From the NCBI GenBank assembly GCA_049685715.1, contig JBAVHJ010000508.1, forward strand, positions 1-41,942: 41,942 nt of DNA, read 5' to 3'. The DNA is from Terriglobia bacterium. Lineage in GTDB: Bacteria; Acidobacteriota; Terriglobia; JAIQFV01. Below, piece by piece: positions 1 to 8,789 of this stretch. The position numbers and the translations under genes were made by a program. Every line of letters begins with the position of its first letter. Within the stretch, counting starts at the first letter, position 1. The notes beneath the pieces were generated by a model. The model had not been told where the DNA came from and searched no databases. It worked only from the letters and a program-made list of their open reading frames with translations.

Positions 1-166
1 GCTATGCGCCCCTACTGCGAAGATTCCACAATTGCTTCATGTAACCTTCTTCCGACGTTTGTATTACTTCCGCCGTTTCGGGTGCGAGCGCATCGGTCAA
101 ATCGGAAGAAATTGGAGAGTCCAGGTGACCCGACAGCTCATCATTTTTTGGGGTGCGCGGGCTTGC

Positions 167-204
167 TTTGGAGTGGGCAAGCTTGCTTGCGCAATGGTTT
201 GGTG
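167..204 (+). repeat. Dispersed short repeat, copy A (TTTGGAGTG followed by a GCAAG-CTTG-CTTGC hairpin)
   Basis: tttggagtgggcaagcttgcttgcgcaatggtttggtg matches 7589-7626 at about 33 of 38 positions. An inverted partial copy lies at 256-281. Confidence 0.6.
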
Positions 205-255
205 TAACCTTTCGCACCTAGGGGATGGGGCCGCACCAGGTTTCTCCGTGGGAAA

Positions 256-281
256 GCGGGAGCAAGCTTCCGCACTCCAAA
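256..281 (-). repeat. Dispersed short repeat, copy C (inverted orientation)
   Basis: The reverse complement reads tttggagtgcggaagcttgctcccgc. It shares the TTTGGAGTG box and the AAGCTTGC-centred hairpin with copies A and B. Confidence 0.55.
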
Positions 282-407
282 CCCTGGTTAACTCCTTGAA
301 ATAAACTTACCCGGTAAGAGAAAGTCCAGCCTCTGCCTCGCTCTGATCCACTCACCCATTTTGGTGGCCATGTCACCTTCCCAGTAAGAATCTGTAAATC
401 TTATGCT

Positions 408-434
408 AACTTCCTGGCCGCAGGCGTGTCTTTA
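408..434 (+). promoter_or_regulatory. Candidate ECF-type (autoregulated) promoter
   Basis: AACTT (408-412), a 16-nt spacer, then TCTTTA (429-434). It sits about 20 nt upstream of the sigma-factor start and resembles the sigmaE-like GGAACTT-N16-TCxxA layout. Confidence 0.3.
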
Positions 435-454
435 GTAAATCGGAGAGACTGCTA

Positions 455-1012
455 TTGGACCGAACTGACAATATCCTGATTCAGGAATCTCTTTCCGGCT
501 CGATGGGCGCCTTTGATGACCTCATGGAGCGTTACCAGGGGTTGGTCTATAAAGTGGCCCTGCGCTATGGAGAGAGGCGGGAGCATGCGCTCGATATTAC
601 CCAAAACGTGTTCCTCCGCGTTTACGAGAAACTCGACTCTCTGCGCGCGGATGCGAGTTTCAAACCCTGGCTTCTGCGGATTACCTACCATGAGAGCATC
701 AACTGGTTGAGGAAACAGCGCCAGTACCAGGATCATGAGCCGGTCGATGAGAATGCTCCGCTGCCGGGCCGGACACGCACTCAGGAAGAGGCCCTGCTGC
801 GGCAGGAAAAAACCGAATGCCTGACCCGGAGCTTGTCCTGCTTGAATCCCAAACACCGGCTGGCAGTGACCCTCAAGTACTATGAAGGGATGTCAATCCG
901 TGAAATCAGCGCCGTCCTGGAATGCAGCGAGATGATGGTCAAAAATATTTTGTACAGAAGTCTCGAGAAATTGAGACAGAGATTAGTCCAGACAGGCGGG
1001 GTGGTCCAATGA
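455..1012 (+). CDS. ECF-family RNA polymerase sigma-70 factor
   Basis: Region 2 motifs (FDDLMERYQGLVYKVALRY, WLLRITYHESINWLRK) and a region 4 HTH (EGMSIREISAVLECSEMMVKNILYRSLEKLR). TTG start at 455 is preceded by GGAGAG. ATG at 503 is an alternative start. Confidence 0.9.
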   Translation: MDRTDNILIQESLSGSMGAFDDLMERYQGLVYKVALRYGERREHALDITQNVFLRVYEKLDSLRADASFKPWLLRITYHESINWLRKQRQYQDHEPVDENAPLPGRTRTQEEALLRQEKTECLTRSLSCLNPKHRLAVTLKYYEGMSIREISAVLECSEMMVKNILYRSLEKLRQRLVQTGGVVQ

Positions 1013-1941
1013 ACCAATGTAGTGAATTTGAACGACTCTTGGAAAAAATGGTGGCGGACGAGATTGGGCCGGCCGAAATTACGCAACTGCGGGAACACGC
1101 TCGACAATGCGATCACTGCCGCAGCCTCCTGAAGCTCCAGGAAGACTTAAGCGCAGCCGGACAAATCGAGGCGGATGTGCCCGCAGAAGATTTACAGCAA
1201 GTCCGTTATGCCGTTCTTCGCTCCATCCACCTTCACTCGCACCCTTCCACAGTTTCTACTGGGAAGGCGGGACTGACTCGTGGGTGGCTGGCGAGGTTGG
1301 CCTGGGCGGCAGGGCTTGCCACAGCCCTGTTGGTCGGTGGATTCTTCCTGGGAAATTTCTGGAGTATGCGGCACGGAGACCCGGGGAGCGCGCTGATTCG
1401 ACAAATCTACAGCGATGCCCGGAAAGAGAAGAGCCTCCGCGATGTCGAAAACTCCCCGCTCATGTATTCGAATGTGTCTTTCAGCAGGGTAGGCGACCAG
1501 AAGTTGTCCCTCAATTTTGATGTGACCCGTCATGTGGACCTTACGGCCGACCCGGAGGATCCGCTGGTCCGGGATCTGTTGATTCAAGCGCTTCTCAATC
1601 CCTCTCCCCTGGGAGCAAGACTTAAAGCCATCTCCTTTGCGGAGACCAATAGGGACCCGGAGGTCAAACGGGCATTGATCCTCTCCATGCTTAACGATCC
1701 AAGCGTTGCCGTTCGCCTGAAAACGGAATCCAATCTCCTGAATTACAAGGGCGACAGTGAAGTCCAGGCCGCCTTTCTGCAGGTGCTCCGAAAGGAAGAG
1801 TCCGTCCAATTGCGTTTGGTGGCGCTCGATTACCTGGTGGGCAATAACGTCAGCCAGGAAACCCTTCAGGGAGTTGTGCGAGACCTCAGATCTCAGGGTG
1901 AGACGGCCGTCCTGCGCAAAGCGGTCGCGTATCTCCACTAA
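1009..1941 (+). CDS. Anti-sigma factor (zf-HC2, single TM, HEAT-like C-terminal domain)
   Basis: ATG at 1009 overlaps the sigma stop codon (ATGA at 1009-1012). zf-HC2 motif HARQCDHC. TM helix LARLAWAAGLATALLVGGFFLG. C-terminal repeats such as DPSVAVRLK. The ORF-track start at 922 lies inside the sigma gene and was rejected. Confidence 0.75.
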   Translation: MNQCSEFERLLEKMVADEIGPAEITQLREHARQCDHCRSLLKLQEDLSAAGQIEADVPAEDLQQVRYAVLRSIHLHSHPSTVSTGKAGLTRGWLARLAWAAGLATALLVGGFFLGNFWSMRHGDPGSALIRQIYSDARKEKSLRDVENSPLMYSNVSFSRVGDQKLSLNFDVTRHVDLTADPEDPLVRDLLIQALLNPSPLGARLKAISFAETNRDPEVKRALILSMLNDPSVAVRLKTESNLLNYKGDSEVQAAFLQVLRKEESVQLRLVALDYLVGNNVSQETLQGVVRDLRSQGETAVLRKAVAYLH

Positions 1942-2011
1942 CGGGATTCAACCCTGACTGGATGGTATCGGTTTACTTCATGATTTTTTCGATCCCGAGA
2001 AAGGATACATC

Positions 2012-3169
2012 ATGCGAAGAATCATTCTGACCACCTTGGCCCTTCTAATTGCGACTCTAATCCTTACCGCAAGCACGGGTCAGAGGTCGTTCACCGTGTC
2101 ACCCGGACAAAAAGTGATTTTCAACCTCAGGACGGGTGGCTCGATCCACCTTGTCGGATGGGATCAACCTTCGGTCTCCATCGATTATGAAATCAGTGGA
2201 AGAAATGCGGAAGAGGTCCATGTGGATCTTCAACAGACCTCCCGCGGAGTCGAAGTCAACTCCCGCTACACAGGCACATCACGCGTCCAAAGCTCTAATC
2301 TTCAACTCCACCTGAAGGTCCCACGGAAATTCGATGTCGATATCGACACCATGGGAGGAGGCATCTCCATCTCGGACATCGAGGGCCGAATCGCAGGGAA
2401 GACAATGGGCGGAGATCTCACTCTCCAGGGACTCAAGGGAGTGGTGGAACTGAAAACCATGGGCGGGAACATTACGCTCACCCATTCTGAAGTCGATGGG
2501 CATTTACATACCATGGGTGGGAAGGTTTTGTTTCAGGATGTGACGGGGGATATTAATGGCTCTTCCATGGGCGGCAATGTCGTTTACAAGAATGTCCGCC
2601 CCATGAAGAAGTCCGACTCCGTTGAAGGCCTCGACCGAGTCCGCTCCGTTGGGGACGAAGTTCACATCAGTACCATGGGCGGAGATATTCGGGTGGAAGA
2701 AGCGCCCGAAGGCGCCAATGTGTCGACCATGGGGGGGAATATCGACATTCAAAGCGCCCGTCACTATGCCAAGGCAAAGACGATGGGCGGAGACATCACC
2801 ATCCATGCAATCGAGGGATGGGTCAACGCGGTCACGATGAGTGGAAATGTTGAGGTCCACATGGTCGGAAGAGGGGATGAAGTGAAGCGGGATGTCATGA
2901 TTTCGTCCAACTCAGGGGAAATCACCCTCTACGTGCCCGGCGACCTGTCCATGGAATTTGATATCTCGCTGGCCTATACGAAAAACAGCCGGCAAAATTA
3001 CCAGATCAAGAGTGATTTTCCCCTGCAAGTACGGGCGACCGACGAATGGAGTCAATCCGAGGGCACTCCCAGGAAGTACTTTTACGGGACCGGGAGTTAT
3101 CTGGGCGGGAAGCACCACATCAAAATCACCACCATCAACGGAAACATTTTCATCAAACGCACGCCGTAA
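2012..3169 (+). CDS. Secreted DUF4097-like (putative adhesin / beta-helix) repeat protein
   Basis: Signal-peptide-like N-terminus MRRIILTTLALLIATLILTAS. Eight [TS]MGG[GDNK] repeat units at roughly 20-aa spacing, plus a TMSGN variant. RBS AAAGGA lies upstream of the ATG. The gene follows the sigma/anti-sigma pair on the same strand. Confidence 0.8.
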   Translation: MRRIILTTLALLIATLILTASTGQRSFTVSPGQKVIFNLRTGGSIHLVGWDQPSVSIDYEISGRNAEEVHVDLQQTSRGVEVNSRYTGTSRVQSSNLQLHLKVPRKFDVDIDTMGGGISISDIEGRIAGKTMGGDLTLQGLKGVVELKTMGGNITLTHSEVDGHLHTMGGKVLFQDVTGDINGSSMGGNVVYKNVRPMKKSDSVEGLDRVRSVGDEVHISTMGGDIRVEEAPEGANVSTMGGNIDIQSARHYAKAKTMGGDITIHAIEGWVNAVTMSGNVEVHMVGRGDEVKRDVMISSNSGEITLYVPGDLSMEFDISLAYTKNSRQNYQIKSDFPLQVRATDEWSQSEGTPRKYFYGTGSYLGGKHHIKITTINGNIFIKRTP

Positions 3170-3214
3170 TCCCCGCACCAGGGGGGGCTTCAAATCTAAC
3201 CGGGTTACACCGGG

Positions 3215-5866
3215 TTACTCATACCGTAGCGCGACCATGGGATCGATGCGAACAGCGCGGCGAGCGGGGATGTAACACGCAAGGAAGGCCACCGCGGCAA
3301 GCAGCACGGCCGCTGCGGCGAAGGTCGTCAGGTCGTTGGCGCCCACCTCGAACAATAAACTCGAAAGCAGGCGGGTGGCGAACCAGGCGGCGGCAAGACC
3401 CACACACAGGCCGACAACCGCAGGCGAGATCCCTTCGGCCAACCCCAGTCTCAGCACGTCGCTGTGCTGCGCTCCCAGGGCCATGCGAATACCGATTTCG
3501 TGCGTGCGTTGGCCGACATCATAGGAGATCACGCCGTAAATGCCGACCGCGGCCAGCAGGAGCGCCGTCGCGCCGAAGATGGCGAGCAGCAGCGTGCGAA
3601 AACGCGGCGGCGCCATGGATTCGTGGAACACCTCGGTGAGCGGTTGAATGTCCGCGACGGGAAGGTCTTTATCAAGCGCTCCCACCGCTTCGCGCAGGAC
3701 GGGGCTGAACGCTGCGGGATCGCCGGCCGTACGCACCACCAACCCCATGGCCCACCAGGCATTCTGGGAGTAAGGCACATACATCTCGGGCCCGCCCGGC
3801 GCCGTCAAACTCGTTTGCTTGACATTGCCCACCACCGCGACAATCTGCCGGGGCACCTGATCGCGGTAACCGAAGATCAACTGTTTGCCGAGCGGGTCAT
3901 CGTTCGGAAAATAACGGCGCGCAAACGCATCCGAGATGGCGCACACCTTGGGCGCAGCCGCCGTGTCCCGCAAGGTAAAGAAGCGTCCTCGCAACAAGGG
4001 AATCTGCAGGGTCTGAAAGTAATCCGGGCTGATGGCGCCATAATCCGCGGAATAGTCCCCTCCTGCCCGCTGCGGCGGCTGCCCTTTAATCTGGAAGCCG
4101 AGGCTGAATCCCGATCCGGTCGGGGGCAGCGGCAGGGCAGCGGCCGCATTCAGCACTCCCGGTTGTACCTTCAAGCGATCGAGAAGTTGATCATAAAAGG
4201 CCGTCCATTGTTCCGGCTTCGAATACTGGGATTGCGGAAGGGAGAGGGTGGCGATCAGGACGTGCTCAGGCTCAAATCCCGGGTTCACTTGTTGTAAGCG
4301 CGCGAAGCTGCGCAGCAGGAGTCCCGCTCCAATCAGGAGCACGACAGCCAACGCCACCTCTGCAGCCACGAGCATGCGTCGGGCGTTCTTGCTCTTTCTG
4401 CTCTCTCCTGTGCCTCGACCCCCCTCCTTAAGCGCTTCATGCAAATCCGTGGACGCGGAGTGAAGCGCGGGAGTCAATCCAAACACAAGGCTGGCGAGGA
4501 GCGAAACCAGCAGCGTGAACCCCAGCACCCATCCGTCCACTCGAAATTCATGGATTCGCGGAATATCGTTTGGAACAAGAACAGCCAGGCTCCTGACGCC
4601 CCAGTAAGCCACCAGAAGACCCACCACGCCGCCGGCTCCGCCCAACACCACACTCTCCGTGATCAATTGGCGGATCAGGCGACCCCGGCTGGCGCCGAGC
4701 GCCGTGCGGATGAACATCTCCCTGGCGCGCACCACCGTCCGAGCCAGCAGGACACTGGCAACATTGGCGCAAGCAATTAACAGCACCAGCGCCACCGCAC
4801 CCAGGAGTGCCCATAAGGCGATTCGAACGTCGCCGACCATTTGCCGCTGAAGCGGAACGAGTCGTACCCCCCAGCCCCGATTGGCGTCGGGATAGGCTAG
4901 TGCCAGACGGTTGACAACCGTCACCAGTTCTGCGGTTCCCCGTTCGAGAGAAGTTCCCGGCTTAAGTCGACCCACCACCGTGTTCAGATAATGCCCCGCT
5001 CGCCTTTGAAATAGATCTTTGAAGTCAAGGTCCTCGAGCAGCGGGATCCATACTTGCGCCGATGGATTTTGGAACGGGAAGCGGAAACTCGCCGGAAGAA
5101 TCCCCACCACGGTGAAGGACTGCTTGTCGAGCAAGATGGTTTTCCCCACCAGCGCAGGGTCGGCGCCGAACTGCCGGCGCCAGAGACCTTCGCCGAGCAC
5201 AACAACCGGCGAGGCGTCCGCCTGGTCATCCGCCGGCAGAAAAGTTCTCCCGAAAATCGGTTGCACGCCCAGAAGGGGAAACAGGCTGGATGTCACCGTC
5301 GCGCCATCCACGTAGGACGGCTCTCCGTTGCCGGTCAATGCGAACGACTTTTGACGTAGGGCGGCGATTTCCTCAAACCCCTTGCTTTGCTGATGCCAAT
5401 CAGTGAAATTGGGATAGGAGACCCCGGCGTCGGTGACCCCCTGTTCAGGCAATGTCTGGAAAATCTGCACGAGTTGTTCCGGATGGACAAAAGGCAATGG
5501 CCGCAGCAGCACAGCGTTCACCACGCTGAAGATGGCCGTGTTGGCGCCTATGCCGAGGGCAAGGGTCAATATTGCAACCGCCGTAAACCCTGGTGACTTT
5601 GCCAGCATGCGAAGGCCGTGGCGGAGATCGTTGCCGAGGTCATCGACGAGATGAAGGCTGCGCGCTTCCCGGCACCGGTCCTGATAGGCTTCCACGCCGC
5701 CAAACTCGATGCGAGCACGACGCGCCGCTTCTTCCCGGGAGAGGCCCGATCGCACCAGGTCGCCCATGCGTGCTTCCAGGTGAAACCGGAGTTCCTCATC
5801 CATCTCGTGCTCGAAGGCAGAGCGTCCCCAAAGCCCCTGCCAGAATGAACGCAATCGCGAAAGCAT
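3215..5866 (-). CDS. ADOP-family ABC transporter permease (duplicated FtsX/MacB-like)
   Basis: N-terminus MLSRLRSFWQGLWGRSAFEHEMDEELRFHLEARMGDLVRSGLSREEAARRARIEFGG is the conserved leader of acidobacterial duplicated orphan permeases. Two FtsX-like TM modules are present. ATG at 5866 lies 2 nt after the PadR stop. The ORF-track extension to 5929 was rejected. Confidence 0.9.
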   Translation of the reverse strand: MLSRLRSFWQGLWGRSAFEHEMDEELRFHLEARMGDLVRSGLSREEAARRARIEFGGVEAYQDRCREARSLHLVDDLGNDLRHGLRMLAKSPGFTAVAILTLALGIGANTAIFSVVNAVLLRPLPFVHPEQLVQIFQTLPEQGVTDAGVSYPNFTDWHQQSKGFEEIAALRQKSFALTGNGEPSYVDGATVTSSLFPLLGVQPIFGRTFLPADDQADASPVVVLGEGLWRRQFGADPALVGKTILLDKQSFTVVGILPASFRFPFQNPSAQVWIPLLEDLDFKDLFQRRAGHYLNTVVGRLKPGTSLERGTAELVTVVNRLALAYPDANRGWGVRLVPLQRQMVGDVRIALWALLGAVALVLLIACANVASVLLARTVVRAREMFIRTALGASRGRLIRQLITESVVLGGAGGVVGLLVAYWGVRSLAVLVPNDIPRIHEFRVDGWVLGFTLLVSLLASLVFGLTPALHSASTDLHEALKEGGRGTGESRKSKNARRMLVAAEVALAVVLLIGAGLLLRSFARLQQVNPGFEPEHVLIATLSLPQSQYSKPEQWTAFYDQLLDRLKVQPGVLNAAAALPLPPTGSGFSLGFQIKGQPPQRAGGDYSADYGAISPDYFQTLQIPLLRGRFFTLRDTAAAPKVCAISDAFARRYFPNDDPLGKQLIFGYRDQVPRQIVAVVGNVKQTSLTAPGGPEMYVPYSQNAWWAMGLVVRTAGDPAAFSPVLREAVGALDKDLPVADIQPLTEVFHESMAPPRFRTLLLAIFGATALLLAAVGIYGVISYDVGQRTHEIGIRMALGAQHSDVLRLGLAEGISPAVVGLCVGLAAAWFATRLLSSLLFEVGANDLTTFAAAAVLLAAVAFLACYIPARRAVRIDPMVALRYE

Positions 5867-5868
5867 AT

Positions 5869-6210
5869 TCAACTCTCCTCCGGGACGGCTTTCAGGGCCG
5901 TTCCGATGGCGGACACCAGACGGTTCCAACTTTCGGTCTCCTCACGGAGTCTCCTGCGGCCGGCGACCGTCAGCCGATAGAATTTGGCTTTTCGATTGTT
6001 TTCCGACGTCCCCCATTCGGATTTCAGCAACCCCTGATGCTCCAGGCGGTAGAGGGCAGGGTAAAGCGCCCCCTGTTCAATCAGGAGAGCCCCCCCGGAA
6101 ATCTGGCCGATGCGAAGGAGCACGCCATAGCCATGCATCGGTTCGAGTGACACGGCTTTCAGAATGAGGAGATCGAGGGTGCCTGGCAGCAGACTGGCCT
6201 GGTCGGTCAT
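5869..6210 (-). CDS. PadR-family transcriptional regulator
   Basis: LDLLILKAVSLEPMHGYGVLLRIGQISGGALLIEQGALYPALYRLEHQGLLKSEW matches the PadR winged-helix signature. It is translationally adjacent to the ADOP permease. Confidence 0.9.
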   Translation of the reverse strand: MTDQASLLPGTLDLLILKAVSLEPMHGYGVLLRIGQISGGALLIEQGALYPALYRLEHQGLLKSEWGTSENNRKAKFYRLTVAGRRRLREETESWNRLVSAIGTALKAVPEES

Positions 6211-6346
6211 GACATTCTCCTAACGTATTTAGGAAAGGATAAACCATCTCTCCTAAGCTGTCAAGGGGAAGGGGGTCATTGTCCTGGAAACCCGCAGGGG
6301 GGAAGATTTTGGGGTGGTGTGGGGGATTTTGGGATCAGAGGAGCGC

Positions 6347-6593
6347 ATTTGTGGACTCGTAATCCAGTCTATCCGGTCTAGCTCCAAGTTGATTGATCCC
6401 CTTCCCCGAAGGGGAAGTCTTCAATAGCCCAGGGTTGCCCCTTGGGCAACCCTGGGTTCAGGAATTTTATTTGGTCCATGGGATACCCTGAAAGGGTATC
6501 TTCAATTCAGGGGTTTTATATGAACTTGTGAGGGCAACTTCAGAGGAGTCCAATCTGCACCAACTGGGCATGTTGACTTGGATTACCACAAAT
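6347..6593. repeat. IR-bounded cluster of three perfect hairpins (MITE/REP-like or structured RNA)
   Basis: Left arm atttgtgg-actc-gtaatcca (6347-6366) pairs with tggattaccacaaat (6579-6593). Internal hairpins are at 6401-6417 (7 bp), 6428-6456 (13 bp) and 6482-6500 (7 bp). Two of them are followed by CTTCAAT. Confidence 0.5.
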
Positions 6594-6648
6594 ATCTCTT
6601 CCCGAACTGATTTAGATCGGTATATCAAGCTTCTCATTTAAACGGCAT

Positions 6649-7575
6649 TCAACCGCGGCCGCCATCTCGAGAATTCGAAATCCCCTGCAGGGTCCATTCT
6701 GATTCAAACTCGCATCGACGCCCTGTCACAGGATCCTGAAACGAAAGCTGCTTGGCGACCAACTGTAACGGGCTGGAATAATCCAGGGGGGGAATCAATC
6801 GCAATTCCGGGTAGAACGGGTCATTCAGGATCGGGAAGCCGAGTGAAGCCAAATGAACGCGCAGCTGGTGCTTCTTTCCCGTTTTCGGATACAGCTCGAA
6901 CCATCCCGAATCGCCGCGCTTGTCCTTGAGAACAATTCGGGTGAACGCGTTCTTCTCCCCTTCAACGATCTTCATTCGGAACCACGGCTCTCCTCTGACC
7001 AGGCGATTTTCAACCTGCCATTCCTGACCTGCCACGCCCTTCGGCGCCGCTGCAACCGCCAGGTACTGCCGGAGGACGGCCCCTCGTTCAAACATTTGAT
7101 GGAAGAGCCCGCGCGTTTCTTTCCTGAGAGCGAAAAGCACCAGTCCGGCGGTTTCGCGATCCAGACGATGAACCGGAGTCAGGTCCTCAAGTTCCGTGGT
7201 CCTTCGCAAGCGGGAAAGCAGGCATTGGTTCACGCACGATCCGGAGGGCGTGACGGGAATGAAATGGGGCTTGTCAGCGATTAGAAAGTGCTCATTATGA
7301 AAAATGATTCTTTCTTGAAACGGGATCAGGGGCTCTTCAGGGACTTCGCGGAAATAAAGAACCGTCTTCCCCGGCTGATACGGCGTGGATTGAGAAATCG
7401 GGACCCCGTCATCGAGCCGCACCGAGCCCTCTTTGACCCGCGACTCCCAGACTTCGCGGCCGACCCGGGGAAACCTTTCGATAAGATGCTCGAGAATTGA
7501 TTGAGGGACTTTCTCAAGCCGGGGGAGATAGGCCCGGGAGGGATATGGCGATTTGCTGACAGGATCACGGCCCAT
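6649..7575 (-). CDS. RluA-family pseudouridine synthase
   Basis: Catalytic motif HRLDRETAGLVLFA with an S4-like N-terminal segment. The start is set at ATG 7575 (MGRDP). The longer ORF to 7641 runs through dispersed repeat copy B, so I treat that part as non-coding. Confidence 0.8.
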   Translation of the reverse strand: MGRDPVSKSPYPSRAYLPRLEKVPQSILEHLIERFPRVGREVWESRVKEGSVRLDDGVPISQSTPYQPGKTVLYFREVPEEPLIPFQERIIFHNEHFLIADKPHFIPVTPSGSCVNQCLLSRLRRTTELEDLTPVHRLDRETAGLVLFALRKETRGLFHQMFERGAVLRQYLAVAAAPKGVAGQEWQVENRLVRGEPWFRMKIVEGEKNAFTRIVLKDKRGDSGWFELYPKTGKKHQLRVHLASLGFPILNDPFYPELRLIPPLDYSSPLQLVAKQLSFQDPVTGRRCEFESEWTLQGISNSRDGGRG

Positions 7576-7588
7576 AAGACTCAAATCA

Positions 7589-7626
7589 TTTGGAGTGCGC
7601 AAGCTTGCTTGCGATTTGGTTCGGTG
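7589..7626 (+). repeat. Dispersed short repeat, copy B
   Basis: tttggagtgcgcaagcttgcttgcgatttggttcggtg contains the hairpin cgcaag-cttg-cttgcg. It lies between the tRNA 3' end and the pseudouridine synthase start. Confidence 0.6.
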
Positions 7627-7689
7627 CGCTTGCCGCGTCAAGGGGATGTGTGCCGGCAGCTTTCCCGATCGAACATAGGGATGACGTTG

Positions 7690-7766
7690 TGGTGGGCCCA
7701 GTAGGACTTGAACCTACGACCAACGGATTATGAGTCCGCCGCTCTGACCAACTGAGCTATGGGCCC
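7690..7766 (-). tRNA. tRNA with CAU anticodon (elongator Met, or Ile2 if lysidine-modified)
   Basis: The reverse complement GGGCCCATAGCTCAGTTGGTCAGAGCGGCGGACTCATAATCCGTTGGTCGTAGGTTCAAGTCCTACTGGGCCCACCA folds as a cloverleaf. It has a 7-bp acceptor stem, D arm GCTC/GAGC, anticodon loop CTCATAA, T arm GTAGG/CCTAC and an encoded CCA. The G1-C72 pair argues against an initiator tRNA. Confidence 0.93.
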
Positions 7767-8033
7767 TCACGATTCGGGCTGCCGTCGAGGAACCGCTGAC
7801 GGAGCAGTTTACCACGAAATTTCACCTTGGGGCATCGCCAGGAGGAGCTAGGCATTGCGCTTGAAACTTCGACTTCCTGTATTCACGGCCTCCCGGAGCT
7901 TACGACCCAGGATGTCCCGAGTAAATGCGATGGCGGGAGGCGCCACTCAACAAAATCAAAATCTTGTCAGACAGGTCTGCGGTGCTTGGAAGCAAAATTG
8001 CGGCGTGAAAAATTGCACAATATCTCCGAATTA

Positions 8034-8061
8034 TTGACTTCCCCAGTACTCGAATTAGAAT
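8034..8061 (+). promoter_or_regulatory. Near-consensus sigma70-like promoter in an ORF-poor region
   Basis: TTGACT (8034-8039), a 16-nt spacer, then TAGAAT (8056-8061). It lies about 720 nt upstream of the 8790 start codon. Confidence 0.35.
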
Positions 8062-8789
8062 GGGGTTGATAAGACTCATTCCCTTTTAGCGGGACCCTCA
8101 TCATCCCCGGAAAATTCGGTTGAATTGAACCGACAGAGTCGGAGATCAATTTCTTTCCGCGGATTCTGCCGATGTTCTTCCCGAATTGGAAGGCAGTTCG
8201 TTTCGGTACCGATGGAGACCTTTCGATGCACACACGAGGCCCTCAACACTCCCAGATGGGGGGTCCTGCTCCTGGTCTGGTCACGGGATGCTTCCTTCCA
8301 GTGTGTGCCCCAATCATGGGAAGAGAGCCAATCCCTGAGATTTTATGATTGGTGAAGTTCGCGAAGTACTACTGGCATCTGCTGGCGGATGGCTGGACAA
8401 ATACAATTGGAACAATGGCTCCTGCAGTGGTCATCGGTGTGGACCCACGGGCGCCTGTACCGCGAGTAACTGTGACTACTTCTACTTTCACGGCGTGGGA
8501 GCTTAGGCTTGCGGCGCCCTGTACCAGACGGATGGTACTGCTAATCGCTTCCACTCGCCCAACCAAGTCCAAGTCGAGTTCCTCTGCGACGTTGCTGATT
8601 ATCCCCAAGGTTGGGTGCCGGCCAGTGTGAGCCAGGCCGCTCGAACTGACGCCGATGCCCGAGCCACGCAAAGATTTATTAACGGCCCAGGGTACAAGTG
8701 CGGCGATCCAAGACCTTGGTGAATGAAAAGCAACCGATGCCGGGGAAGGCGGCCAGAAATCCCCATATTCCAAATCAAAGGAGGAGTTT

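Noticed and set aside
3199-3218. Tandem 10-mer accgggttac x2 overlapping the permease stop codon
   Set aside because: Only two short copies are present, and I can infer no function.
3464-4297. Long antisense or off-frame ORFs inside real genes (examples: 3464-4297 +, 1192-1938 -, 9546-10367 -, 20162-20848 +, 22025-22741 +, 24716-25378 -, 27953-28555 -)
   Set aside because: These are typical high-GC shadow ORFs, Arg/Pro/Gly-rich. Each overlaps a gene with clear family motifs on the other strand or in another frame.
6401-6500. CRISPR-like array from regularly spaced palindromes (also 17798-18029)
   Set aside because: The hairpins have different sequences, spacing is irregular, there are no identical direct repeats, and no cas genes are present.
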